Shown here one piece after another: positions 1 through 9,019 of a stretch of 64,000 nucleotides of DNA. The position numbers and the translations under genes are program-made. The stretch comes from a virus: positions 47,613-111,612 of IMG/VR virus record IMGVR_UViG_3300044844_000506, one strand, 5' to 3'. The notes beneath the pieces are model-generated. The model was not told the origin of the DNA. It worked only from the letters and a program-made list of their open reading frames with translations, and did not search any database. Position 1 is the stretch's first letter. The number at the start of each line of letters is the position of its first letter.

Positions 1-83
1 TATTCTGGAGAATAATCGCTTCCAATGTCAAATGATGAAGTATTATATTCAGACAGACTTAATGTGTTAGATGATGTAGTCAT
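1..83 (-). CDS. 5' end of a hypothetical protein that runs off the window (possibly tail completion/terminator by synteny)
   Basis: ATG at 83 overlaps the TGA of the upstream neck gene (ATGA). The frame is open to the edge: MTTSSNTLSLSEYNTSSFDIGSDYSPE. Function is guessed from position only. Confidence 0.45.
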   Translation of the reverse strand, partial: MTTSSNTLSLSEYNTSSFDIGSDYSPE

Positions 84-598
84 TGTCCTATATCTATGTT
101 GCCTACGGAATCAGGAGTTATCAAGTTTGGTTTATCTACTATTTCTTCGTGACCTCTTAAGAACTTAGCAGTGCAAACATAATGATAAATTCCATAGTTC
201 TCGAATCCATCTTCTTGAACTTCATAAATCTCAAATTTTACTTTTTGAAACTTAGGCTCAATTACATCTCCAGGAATTGGAGGTCTATTTAAGGTCTTAA
301 TGATATATGCTTTATTAAAAGTAAATACCTGTTCAGATTCTAATTCCAAACCAAACTTACTAAGTTTTTCTTCAATTGCTTTAGGGTCATAGTGACCATG
401 AACTAATATAGGAACTTTAGAGATACTTTTTATTCTCTCTTCTAAGTAGACATCACTATAAGTTTTATCCTGATAGTATTTGTAGTATAACATTTCAGAT
501 CCAGATAATTTGATTAACTCATCGTCTACAGAGTTAAACATTTCTATATCAGGATTTTTTAAATCAAATAGATTTAACTTATAAGATCTCTCGGTCAT
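80..598 (-). CDS. neck / head-closure protein, T4 gp14-like
   Basis: 172 aa following the gp13-like gene. Has 'DELIKLSG..YY', 'LSKFGLE', 'RPPIPGDVI..FEIYEV' motifs typical of gp14-like proteins. Confidence 0.75.
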   Translation of the reverse strand: MTERSYKLNLFDLKNPDIEMFNSVDDELIKLSGSEMLYYKYYQDKTYSDVYLEERIKSISKVPILVHGHYDPKAIEEKLSKFGLELESEQVFTFNKAYIIKTLNRPPIPGDVIEPKFQKVKFEIYEVQEDGFENYGIYHYVCTAKFLRGHEEIVDKPNLITPDSVGNIDIGQ

Positions 599-601
599 TT
601 A

Positions 602-1471
602 TTAACCCCAAGAAATATACGGAGGCTCTTCAATCTCATCTACCAGTTCTCTCTCCAGCTTTTCCATTTCTGCTTGAGCTTGTTGAACTAATTCACCACC
701 GTTCAATTGTGCTCCACCAGCGGGAGAAGGTACTGTTTTATACTTACCTCTGATCTGTCCTAAAGTTTCTCTAGATACTGCCAAGGCATATCTATCAATC
801 CAATTAAGATAAGCAGGGTGAATAGTCTCTGTATTTAATCCTCTGAATATTACAATAACTTCTTCTCCACCATACTGAGGAGAAGGATATAACTGTAGAT
901 ATTTTCCATCTATAACATCCCAAGAGCCATCGTTACCTAATATTCTTCTAGTCATCTCTAAGTGGGATTGAAGCAAGTAAAAGTCTCCCATGCTAAAGTC
1001 TGAGAATAAAAAGTTTTCTTGGAAGTATTTAATGAAGAAATCGAACTCTAGTGTACCAGCTTGAGATTGAACACTAAGAAAGTTCTTTTTATAACCAACA
1101 TATTCTAGGTTATCTAGTATGTACTTAGGTAGTTCGTATAGATTTACCCCATAGACAGATTTAAATGCCATCATCTGGGTATTCCATCTAGGAGCATGAT
1201 AGCTTAATTTAGTAATAGCAGAATGGATAGCTTGTTTAATATTAAAATCAGCTAACTCAACTTTAATTACTGGATGACCTAATCTGCCTAACACATAGTT
1301 CTTAATTCCATTTTCAAAATCTGTAAACTCTGTTGATTCAGCAGCATCTACTTTACCTAACTTATCTCTATCAATTTGAGTGTTAGGTATAGTATCTGTA
1401 ACTAGATTTCCAGGAGATTTGCCGAAGCTATTTCCATATCCAGTTAATTCAGGTCTAATTGCTTCTGTCAT
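602..1471 (-). CDS. neck / head-tail adaptor protein, T4 gp13-like
   Basis: 'YVLGRLGHPVIKVEL', 'WIDRYALA..RETLGQIRGKY..P.GGAQLNG..L..QAQAE...LE' are gp13 signatures. Downstream of the capsid gene. Confidence 0.88.
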   Translation of the reverse strand: MTEAIRPELTGYGNSFGKSPGNLVTDTIPNTQIDRDKLGKVDAAESTEFTDFENGIKNYVLGRLGHPVIKVELADFNIKQAIHSAITKLSYHAPRWNTQMMAFKSVYGVNLYELPKYILDNLEYVGYKKNFLSVQSQAGTLEFDFFIKYFQENFLFSDFSMGDFYLLQSHLEMTRRILGNDGSWDVIDGKYLQLYPSPQYGGEEVIVIFRGLNTETIHPAYLNWIDRYALAVSRETLGQIRGKYKTVPSPAGGAQLNGGELVQQAQAEMEKLERELVDEIEEPPYISWG

Positions 1472-1474
1472 ACT

Positions 1475-1600
1475 TTACCCTTTACTAGCTAAATAAGCTC
1501 TCAATGCCTTCTTAAATTTTTTACCAGCAACTATATTCCTAGGTCTTTCCTCAAGAAGAAGTCGTTCGATTAATAATTTTAATCTAACTTTATAATTCAT
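1475..1600 (-). CDS. 41-aa basic peptide with capsid-targeting-like leader (not in the ORF track)
   Basis: Hand-translated: MNYKVRLKLLIERLLLEERPRNIVAGKKFKKALRAYLASKG. ATG overlaps the upstream TGA (ATGA). Stop is 3 nt before the gp13-like start. Confidence 0.7.
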   Translation of the reverse strand: MNYKVRLKLLIERLLLEERPRNIVAGKKFKKALRAYLASKG

Positions 1601-1758
1601 TTCTTTTTAGTCTTTTTAATTTCTGCTTTAACTTCTTCTACTACAGGTTCTGGCTGTACTTTTGGCTCTTCTTTAGCAGCTATTTGAGCAGCCTTTTGAG
1701 CAGCTTTAATTCTGTTTCTTTCTTGTAGTCGTAGGTGCATCATGTTTCTCGGGTTCAT
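1597..1758 (-). CDS. 53-aa charged hypothetical protein (not in the ORF track)
   Basis: Hand-translated: MNPRNMMHLRLQERNRIKAAQKAAQIAAKEEPKVQPEPVVEEVKAEIKKTKKK. Strong SD (GGAGG) upstream and ATGA coupling to the next ORF. Confidence 0.7.
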   Translation of the reverse strand: MNPRNMMHLRLQERNRIKAAQKAAQIAAKEEPKVQPEPVVEEVKAEIKKTKKK

Positions 1759-1897
1759 TGTTGTCCTCCATTAAAATTAAATTAGGAAAATTTAATAATT
1801 CATTTGACTCAAGTACTTGATTAGGGAAAACCTCAATTACTTGATTATTAACTGCGATTAAAAAAGGAAATCGGCATTTTGATTTGTACAAAAACAT
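1706..1897 (-). CDS. small hypothetical protein
   Basis: 63-aa ORF just after the capsid terminator and a CTATATATAAATA motif. Confidence 0.55.
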   Translation of the reverse strand: MFLYKSKCRFPFLIAVNNQVIEVFPNQVLESNELLNFPNLILMEDNNEPEKHDAPTTTRKKQN

Positions 1898-1913
1898 CTA
1901 TTTATATATAGCC

Positions 1914-1961
1914 TATAAAATAAGGATGGGCAGCTTTTTTTATTTAGCTGCCCATCCTTTT
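1914..1961 (-). terminator. intrinsic terminator after the major capsid gene
   Basis: 14-bp perfect stem AAGGATGGGCAGCT (1922-1935) / AGCTGCCCATCCTT (1946-1959), followed on the minus strand by ATTTTAT. Confidence 0.85.
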
Positions 1962-1980
1962 AAGTTACCCTACTTAGTTA

Positions 1981-3516
1981 TTAGACTAAGTTACCAATTG
2001 TCTTTCTGAAAGGCTGGTAGAGGTAGTTGCTGCTGGGACCGATGATTCTAAGAATTCTATAGAACTTAGCTTCGGGAGCGATTGCTAACATACCGTAACG
2101 AGTCATGATACCCTTACGAGGTTGGAATGTAGCAGGATCAACTACTGTGGGGAGGTTCTCAATTGGGATGTAAGGAGCGTAAACGAATCCTGTATCCATT
2201 GGACCAGAACCCTTATAACCCATGAGGATTTCGTCTTCGGGCCAGAGTGGGTCGATGTAAAGATCGAACTTACCACCGAGCTTGCCCTTGAACTGAATCT
2301 GAGTACCCATGTTTGATGGACCTTCAACCTTGGAACCACCATTACCACCCATACCACCACCGAGTTGAGCGGCAGTTTCGAGCATTGCACCAATGAGTGG
2401 TGAGGTAACAATCCAAGTACCAGGACCACGATGAGTGGTCTTGAAGATGTCCTGTGACATGAGATTTAATGTTGCCCACATATTCGACCAAACATGACCG
2501 ATGTGTTGTGGGCTAAAAGGTATTGCTGAAGATGTGAAGTCAATTACCCATACGTTCGTACCTGCACCTGAGGGGTTAGTTACACCAGTGATACCACCAG
2601 TGGTATTGTTGTAATCCCACATGAACTTAGCAGGATTGAAGGTATCTGCACCACCAGTGTTGCCGATTGACTGGCTATTAGCTAAGTCTAGTGCATTTCT
2701 GTACCAACCACCTAAGCCGTTAGCAATGTTGCTATCGTAAGCAATACCACGGAGGTTTTCGAGAAGCTCACGGTCGATTTCGAGACGGAGTTCGTTACCC
2801 ATGAGTTCAGTGAGTTCCTGTTCAAGATCAAGGTTGTGATAAGCCTTGAGATCCTGTGAAGCCTCAATTGTCCAGAGGGTACGCATCTTACGGGTACGAG
2901 CAACAACTGGCTGCTGTTCGATTGTAAGGTTTACTTCTGGAATAGCTGAACCTGAGAGGAATTCACCTGCTGAAATGCTGAAACCATGAGTTCTATCTGT
3001 TAGAGGCCAAGCAGCAATCTTACCACCGAATGTGGTCGAGGCTGAACCTCTTGTAGCACCATAAATAGTGCTCAATTGAACGTCATCATCACCATCGGCA
3101 CTATTAGCACCTACTGGGTTAGTTGTTAAACCACCGTAGGTTAACTGGTACTTGCTATAGACACCTTCTCTTGCTACACCGTATTGACGGCCAGAGCCAA
3201 GGTAGAATACCTGACCAACTGGACCCTGCATGGGCTGCTGAGAAACTATTGCGTTTGCAATTAGCTGAGGGTAAACTCTACGGATTAGAGGGAATGCAAA
3301 CTTCTGGAAGGTTCCAATTGAACCTGTTGAAGTTGCACCTTCAAAACCTGCTACGTTAGTTTCATCAATTCTCTTTGACTTCTCAAGAAGAATTGCCTTT
3401 GCTTGGTTCTCATAAAGAGTAGCTACGACTTTGCGAGTGTAAGAGTCATCAATGCCTTTTAATGCGGCACCCCACTTACCTACAAGGTCTTCGCCATTTT
3501 CAATTAATTCGCTCAT
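1981..3516 (-). CDS. major capsid protein, T4 gp23-like
   Basis: 511 aa. 'KWG..L', 'L.ENQ', 'PLIRRVYP.LIAN.IV..QPMQGP.GQVFY', 'TRKMRT.WTIE..QDLKAYH', 'LEIDRE', 'YAPYIP', 'DP.TFQP..G.MTRYG' are gp23 signatures. Confidence 0.97.
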   Translation of the reverse strand: MSELIENGEDLVGKWGAALKGIDDSYTRKVVATLYENQAKAILLEKSKRIDETNVAGFEGATSTGSIGTFQKFAFPLIRRVYPQLIANAIVSQQPMQGPVGQVFYLGSGRQYGVAREGVYSKYQLTYGGLTTNPVGANSADGDDDVQLSTIYGATRGSASTTFGGKIAAWPLTDRTHGFSISAGEFLSGSAIPEVNLTIEQQPVVARTRKMRTLWTIEASQDLKAYHNLDLEQELTELMGNELRLEIDRELLENLRGIAYDSNIANGLGGWYRNALDLANSQSIGNTGGADTFNPAKFMWDYNNTTGGITGVTNPSGAGTNVWVIDFTSSAIPFSPQHIGHVWSNMWATLNLMSQDIFKTTHRGPGTWIVTSPLIGAMLETAAQLGGGMGGNGGSKVEGPSNMGTQIQFKGKLGGKFDLYIDPLWPEDEILMGYKGSGPMDTGFVYAPYIPIENLPTVVDPATFQPRKGIMTRYGMLAIAPEAKFYRILRIIGPSSNYLYQPFRKTIGNLV

Positions 3517-3527
3517 AATTTTTTATC

Positions 3528-4154
3528 CTATTTATTAGGCATCAATGCCATTACATTCTCGTTGAGGAATGGATTAGAACGATCTAATCCGAATTGTTCA
3601 TCCTTAATTTGTTCCTCTGCAAGAATTAAGGCTTTTTCACTGGACTTAAACGGTCTTCGTGTATCGAGAAGTTCCTCAACTTGCTCAGTTAAAGGAACTA
3701 ATTGTTCTTCTAAAGTTGAGGCAGTCTTCTTGTACTTACCTGCTAACTTTCTGTACTTTTCTAATTCTGGAACTAAATTATTTAATTGTTCAATTAAAAT
3801 CTGATTTTCTTCAATGAGAGAATCTATCTGCTCATTTACTTCAGCTTCAGCTTCTAACTCTTGGTCATCTAATTCAATAGAATCTTCTAATCCTAATAAA
3901 GACTTAAGTTTACGGAATTGAGCAGCATCTCTGTGGAGATCACTTTCGTCCTCTAATTCCTTCTCAGCTTGTTCTTTTAATAGGTCTATGTTGCCTCTAA
4001 TAAAAGCTACTGTTTTAGCTTCTAATAGTTTTACTCTTTGTGTTACTTCCTCATTAATAAAACCTGAAATGAGGGTAGCTATTTCGTCTAAGCTATCCTC
4101 ACTTAAATTATCGGGAAGAAGATCACTTAATTTATCTAATTTATTTGCGTTCAT
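3528..4154 (-). CDS. prohead scaffold/core protein, T4 gp22-like
   Basis: Acidic coiled-coil protein of 208 aa directly upstream of the capsid gene, with many L-x-E sites. Confidence 0.75.
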   Translation of the reverse strand: MNANKLDKLSDLLPDNLSEDSLDEIATLISGFINEEVTQRVKLLEAKTVAFIRGNIDLLKEQAEKELEDESDLHRDAAQFRKLKSLLGLEDSIELDDQELEAEAEVNEQIDSLIEENQILIEQLNNLVPELEKYRKLAGKYKKTASTLEEQLVPLTEQVEELLDTRRPFKSSEKALILAEEQIKDEQFGLDRSNPFLNENVMALMPNK

Positions 4155-4214
4155 AGTTTACCTATCTGTATTTATTCTAGCTAACTTTATTTAAAGATTT
4201 TTTTTATTTTTTGT

Positions 4215-5237
4215 TTAAGAGTCTTCAAATTCACTAAGATGACCTCTTAACTGTTGTAAACTTCGATGTAACGATTGCCTAACTGTATCAGGATTACTAT
4301 TTAAAACTTTTGCTATTTGTATTGTATCATACCCTTTTAAATAATATAATTTAACTATGTTTTGTTGTGTTGGATTTAGTCTTGAGATAGCTTTACCCAA
4401 TTTAGCTCTAACTTCTGATCCAGCTATTCCAGAAGATGGATCTTCATATTCTTTAGGTCCAGAAATAGTAGATCCAAATTCTTTTTCAGTACCTGCTATA
4501 GGAGCATTTAATGAGCCTCCCTCTTTAGATCTAGCTCTTTTTTCTTGTGTATGATATCGTAAAGCATCTCCTACTCTAGCGTTTATAATTTTAGATAAAA
4601 ATCTAGGAAAAGATTCAACATTAAAATCTAGTTTTTCTAAATTTTGAAACCCTTCTTCAAATGCTTGTTGAACTATATCTTCAGCAGATACCTTTGATTG
4701 AAGACTACCTAACCTACTTCTAGCAAATGCAATTAACTTTTTACTATGTTTATTAAATAGTTTATTAGTTGAATCTTCATCGCCTAAGCTGTGAGCCTGA
4801 AGTAATTCATGATCTTCTTTGTCATGAGGAACATTTCTTTGTGCCGCTTTAGCAGCTTCTTTATCAGCTATTGCTTTTTTAACTACCTTTTCTGGAATGT
4901 CTTCAGATGGTGTTTCTGATTTAGGTTTTACTTTTTTAGGTGGAAGTTCTAATGGTACTTTCCAGTAGTCATCACTTTTATCTTTTTGATCTTCTGATTT
5001 CGGCTCTTTTTGTTCTGGCTTCTTAATTACTGGGGTAGCTGTAGGTTTTTCAACTTTAGGAGTAACTTTAGGTTCTTTAGTCTTTGGAGTAGGTTTTTTA
5101 GAAACAATCTTAGGTTTTTCTTTTTTAGGTAGAGGTTCTATTGGTTCTTCAATATCTTCTCCCTCATCTTCTTCAAGAAGAAACTCTTGAATTAAATGAA
5201 TTGAATTTTCGTCTAAGATATTTTTAAAACTAATCAT
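4215..5237 (-). CDS. ECF-type sigma-70 factor (region 2 + region 4) with an N-terminal leader and K/P/E-rich linker
   Basis: Region 2: 'GDEDSTNKLFNKHSKKLIAFARSRL...SAEDIVQQAF...FPRFLSKIINARVGDALR'. Region 4 HTH: 'AISRLNPTQQNIVKLYYLKGYDTIQIAKVLNSNPDTVRQSLHRSLQQLR'. Confidence 0.93.
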   Translation of the reverse strand: MISFKNILDENSIHLIQEFLLEEDEGEDIEEPIEPLPKKEKPKIVSKKPTPKTKEPKVTPKVEKPTATPVIKKPEQKEPKSEDQKDKSDDYWKVPLELPPKKVKPKSETPSEDIPEKVVKKAIADKEAAKAAQRNVPHDKEDHELLQAHSLGDEDSTNKLFNKHSKKLIAFARSRLGSLQSKVSAEDIVQQAFEEGFQNLEKLDFNVESFPRFLSKIINARVGDALRYHTQEKRARSKEGGSLNAPIAGTEKEFGSTISGPKEYEDPSSGIAGSEVRAKLGKAISRLNPTQQNIVKLYYLKGYDTIQIAKVLNSNPDTVRQSLHRSLQQLRGHLSEFEDS

Positions 5238-5238
5238 A

Positions 5239-6405
5239 CTAACAATTCCACTTTCTTAAAGCCTTGTTAATTCTGCTGTTAGGATCATTGGCTGTTTTTG
5301 ATGAGGTACGACTTCTTTTCATTCCACCCATACGAGCGCAGAATGATTTACGTCTCTTAGCAGATTTGCTGCCCTTTTTTAATTTAGATGGATCTGTAGT
5401 TACAGCAGTCTTTAATTTAGAACCAGGATTAGCTCTGCGGTATGCTTCAACTCCTTTTTGAGTTAAACCACCAGCTCTGCTTTTATGTACACCCATTTTC
5501 ATTTTGGGCATTACACCTTTACCTTCTACTAAAATGTTTTTTATGAGTTTGGTATAGGCTTCTACTAAATCTGCTTTAGATTTAACATCCATTACACATC
5601 TTTCAAATTTTTTAGGATCTCTTCCTTTACCAAGAGAAGCATTACACACTGCCCAAGGGTTTACTTTAGATGTGCGTTTAGCTTCATTAACAGGTTTACT
5701 AGGAACACAATTAGGTACTTTTCTCTTACCCTTCATCTTCATACCTACTTGCTGATATCCTTTCCAGCAAGGATCTTTCTTTTCAAAGATTTTAGAGATT
5801 CTATCATCCTTAACTGTATTTAATCTGGATTCAAGTAAGTTTAGTAATACCTTATTATTTAATGCAGCCTTTTTTGTTTTTTCTAGTAACACAGACTCAT
5901 TTACTTGAGATGGATGAGCACCTCTTGTTGAAGGATCCGCAACTAAATCAAATGTTACCGCACGGAAATCTTCATTAACTTCAAATTTGCCTGGAGAATC
6001 TTGACATGGCTTTAATGATCCAAGACCTCTACTGGAAACACCAATTCGTACTCCGTCCTTAATTAACTGTTGAGCTACTTTACCAGCAGGAGTATTTAAT
6101 AGTTGAGATTCCCCTATTAAAACATCTCCTTGCCAGTATAGCTTAGTTACCATGTGTGATGCGTTAGTTAATTTAACTGTTGGACTATCTGGGTGATCTA
6201 ATTCACCTAAAAGTCTATTTTCAGTTACTAATGGCATTAATCTGGTAACTTCTCTTTCTAAAATTGGTTTTGGGTAGCGTCTGTTATTCTTATTGAATTC
6301 TCCAGCACGACCAAAGATACCTCTAATCTTAATAGTACCAGACTCTGTAGACTCTGATATTACTTGAACTGGATCTAATCTAAAGTAATCAATAAGTAAT
6401 TCCAT
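5239..6405 (-). CDS. prohead maturation protease, T4 gp21-like, with a C-terminal extension of basic mini-domains
   Basis: 'NKNNRRYP..IL', 'LGELDHP', 'ASH', 'LNTPAG', 'GVSSRGLGS', 'FDLVADPST' are gp21 motifs in aa 1-170. An extension of about 220 aa follows. Confidence 0.95.
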   Translation of the reverse strand: MELLIDYFRLDPVQVISESTESGTIKIRGIFGRAGEFNKNNRRYPKPILEREVTRLMPLVTENRLLGELDHPDSPTVKLTNASHMVTKLYWQGDVLIGESQLLNTPAGKVAQQLIKDGVRIGVSSRGLGSLKPCQDSPGKFEVNEDFRAVTFDLVADPSTRGAHPSQVNESVLLEKTKKAALNNKVLLNLLESRLNTVKDDRISKIFEKKDPCWKGYQQVGMKMKGKRKVPNCVPSKPVNEAKRTSKVNPWAVCNASLGKGRDPKKFERCVMDVKSKADLVEAYTKLIKNILVEGKGVMPKMKMGVHKSRAGGLTQKGVEAYRRANPGSKLKTAVTTDPSKLKKGSKSAKRRKSFCARMGGMKRSRTSSKTANDPNSRINKALRKWNC

Positions 6406-6433
6406 TTTTTATCCTTTATATTTCTTATTAAAA

Positions 6434-6676
6434 TTATGCACCATAAAATGGTCTGCGTCTAATTGTAGCTCCAGTCGGACCTTTTTTTGGATTTCCTTCT
6501 ATAAATTTCTGAAATGCAGAAGGCTTTGGAGATTGTGGTTTTTTAGGTTTATCTCCTTTTTTATGATGTGGTAATGATGCAAATTCTCCTTTACCAGATC
6601 TAGGATCGTCTGAAGGATAATTAGCTTCAGCTAAAAGTAAATCATAAATATAGTCAAAATAATTTATTTTATTCAT
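6434..6676 (-). CDS. putative internal head protein (basic, leader-bearing)
   Basis: 80 aa. Leader MNKINYFDYIYDLLLAE, then a K/P-rich body. Confidence 0.6.
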   Translation of the reverse strand: MNKINYFDYIYDLLLAEANYPSDDPRSGKGEFASLPHHKKGDKPKKPQSPKPSAFQKFIEGNPKKGPTGATIRRRPFYGA

Positions 6677-6705
6677 AGGTTAACTTTCCCAAAGTAATTC
6701 TATAA

Positions 6706-7737
6706 TTATTCCTCCCAAGATTCTTCTTTATCTTTCTTGGCTCTCTCTCTTTCCATTTCTGATTGATAAGCCGCAGTAAGTTCAGCAGATTTCCCACCTT
6801 TAGCCTTAGCAGCAGCCGCTATTTCTTTAGATCGTAAATCTTGTAAAGCACGCTTTTTACGATCTCTTTCTGCTTGTTTTATAGCAGCGACGCCAGTTTT
6901 CTTGGGTTTTACTTTAGAAGAAACTACTTTACCATGTTTGTCTATTTCAATTGGAGTCATTCCACCTGATGCACTTAGTTTATGACCTAACTGCTTTTCA
7001 GCAGACGATAGTCTCTTTCTTCTTGATTCCAATGCCTTCTTTCGTCTACTTAATCTTGTTTCAGCCTCTTTTTCCATTTTAGGAAACTCTGAGGGACTGG
7101 CTTCTCTATAAGCCTGTCTAGCTTTTTTAAGTTCTTGTGCTTTTGCAGCTAAATCACCTTTAGCTCTAGCTGTTCCAGCACCTTTTTCTCCAGGTTTTAA
7201 TAACTTATCTTCTGTAGCTTCCTTATGTGCTTTTAATGCATCTCTTAATCTTTGTCTTGTTTTTTCAGATGCAGAAGAATATGCGTCTATTCTAGCTTTT
7301 CTACCTGCTGCTACTGCCTCTCGTCTCTTACGTCTTAATGATCCCTTCTTAGCTTTAGGATCAGAAGCTAATTTTGTTTTAGCTTCTTCTGCCTTAGATT
7401 TTTTAGACTGGTATTCCTCTCGTTTTTTTCTAATTGCTCTTAATTTAGCTTGCTCTCTTGATAGTTTTCTTTCGTGACCAGATACTCTTCTAGTAGATAG
7501 TCTAAGACCTTTTTCTACTTCTGACTCATAGGTATCCTCTGTTTGTCTTGGTTTTTTATATGATTGTTCACTTTCTTTTTGAGATAGAGGTTTATCTTTT
7601 TTTAAAGCCTCTGCTGCTTTTATATTATGTTTACGTCTTTCTGATCTTACTCCAAACTGTTTTTCTTTAATTGCATCTATCTCTTTTTGACTAAGTTCTA
7701 AAAGTAAAGAAGCAATGCTATTATATGTATTGTTCAT
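6706..7737 (-). CDS. putative internal head protein, very basic and helical
   Basis: 343 aa, K/R/E/A-rich. Leader MNNTYNSIASLLLE. Lies in the head cluster. Confidence 0.65.
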   Translation of the reverse strand: MNNTYNSIASLLLELSQKEIDAIKEKQFGVRSERRKHNIKAAEALKKDKPLSQKESEQSYKKPRQTEDTYESEVEKGLRLSTRRVSGHERKLSREQAKLRAIRKKREEYQSKKSKAEEAKTKLASDPKAKKGSLRRKRREAVAAGRKARIDAYSSASEKTRQRLRDALKAHKEATEDKLLKPGEKGAGTARAKGDLAAKAQELKKARQAYREASPSEFPKMEKEAETRLSRRKKALESRRKRLSSAEKQLGHKLSASGGMTPIEIDKHGKVVSSKVKPKKTGVAAIKQAERDRKKRALQDLRSKEIAAAAKAKGGKSAELTAAYQSEMERERAKKDKEESWEE

Positions 7738-7739
7738 GT

Positions 7740-8129
7740 TTAATAACCTTTTCTAGTTATTTTTTTCTTTTTAGCTTTAACTTTAGGAGTTCCTCCCATA
7801 TTAGTTCCGATACTCCCGCAAGTGGTCATTTCATCAATAAGGTTTTTAGCTTCTTGAATTAAATGCATTAACTTTTTAACGTATACTTCAGGATTAACTG
7901 TCTGATTGGATTCTCTTACGACAGGAGAAACTTTTTTAGTTGTCTTCTCACCAAATGAATGTTCTAATATAGTATTAGTATACGAATGAGGAACTGTTAC
8001 CTTAGATATATCAGGAGCATTAGGTCTTATAATACCTTGGGGAGTCGAAACAAGTTTTCCTTGTTTCGACTCACTTTTAAGTATTGATTCTGCTATATTA
8101 GCTATATCAAAATCTTTTTGCTTAGGCAT
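7740..8129 (-). CDS. putative prohead core/internal protein
   Basis: 129 aa with IAE, ILE, IQE and IDE sites and a basic C-terminal tail. Confidence 0.55.
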   Translation of the reverse strand: MPKQKDFDIANIAESILKSESKQGKLVSTPQGIIRPNAPDISKVTVPHSYTNTILEHSFGEKTTKKVSPVVRESNQTVNPEVYVKKLMHLIQEAKNLIDEMTTCGSIGTNMGGTPKVKAKKKKITRKGY

Positions 8130-8134
8130 AAAAA

Positions 8135-9013
8135 TTATCTTCGTGTAACTGGAGAAGCTCCAGTCATTAGATTTTTAAGAGTTCCGTGTAATCCACCTAA
8201 GTTAACCTTTGCTAATGCTTTAGATCTTTGTGGATTACTATGTTGACCAAATTCACTTACACCTTTTTTAAATTTAGGAGAAATGGCTCCACCTATTTTA
8301 GCTGCAACACCAGCGAGTTTACTTCCGCCATGACGAGCAGCGCCGACTCTTCTACCAGCTTTTTCCATAGCACTAACTTCAACTAGTAAATGAGCAATTT
8401 GTACATATGTCTCGTTCATTGGTTCGCCTTCTATTTCATTGTGTGTAAATCTCATGCCAACTCTCTTATATCTTTCTTCGGTTGCTTTACGTTTTTCTGG
8501 ATCAATAAAAGTTTGTGCTTTTTGTCCTGGAGCCGTCTGCTTTTTAAAATAACCTAAAGCTGTATTTTGCTTCTTACCCTTACTTTTTGTGATTTGAGCC
8601 TGTGTTGGTTGTGAACTCAATGTACCTGCTCTACCATGCATTAATCTATTTGTTTGGCGAGCTTTTAATAGGTCAGCATATGCTTTATTTCTGCCTTTCT
8701 CATCTTTACCTCTTACAGCTTTACCATAAGCCTTAACAGCTTCACCGTGCTTCATTTTTGCACCTTTTTGTAACTGCGCTTGTTTCCATTGGCCTCCCTT
8801 AGATCTTAAGGCAGAACCAATCTTCTTCATTCCCCCACCAACCATACCCTTTAATGCGGTTAAAAACTCTTGTAATAATTCCTCGTCTTCTAAGAGAATA
8901 GGAATGAGTTCTTGCTGGTGATCAAGAGGAACACCTTCTTCTGTGAGAAGAGCACTTAAATTTCTTTTCTCTTCTTCTAATAGAAGAGATTCTTTAATTA
9001 TGGAATAATACAT
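8135..9013 (-). CDS. putative internal head polyprotein (two basic modules)
   Basis: Acidic leader with repeated LLE/LTE/LQE, a basic module, an internal leader MNETYVQIAHLLVE, then a second basic module. Confidence 0.6.
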   Translation of the reverse strand: MYYSIIKESLLLEEEKRNLSALLTEEGVPLDHQQELIPILLEDEELLQEFLTALKGMVGGGMKKIGSALRSKGGQWKQAQLQKGAKMKHGEAVKAYGKAVRGKDEKGRNKAYADLLKARQTNRLMHGRAGTLSSQPTQAQITKSKGKKQNTALGYFKKQTAPGQKAQTFIDPEKRKATEERYKRVGMRFTHNEIEGEPMNETYVQIAHLLVEVSAMEKAGRRVGAARHGGSKLAGVAAKIGGAISPKFKKGVSEFGQHSNPQRSKALAKVNLGGLHGTLKNLMTGASPVTRR

Positions 9014-9019
9014 GGGGTA

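Noticed and set aside
4215-5237. Calling the sigma factor T4 gp55
   Set aside because: It has a full region 4 HTH and an ECF-like region 2, which gp55 lacks.
2122-5461. Short ORFs overlapping the capsid, scaffold, sigma and protease genes (and similar ones elsewhere in the track)
   Set aside because: They lie inside well-supported genes, in antisense or alternate frames, with no motifs or RBS.
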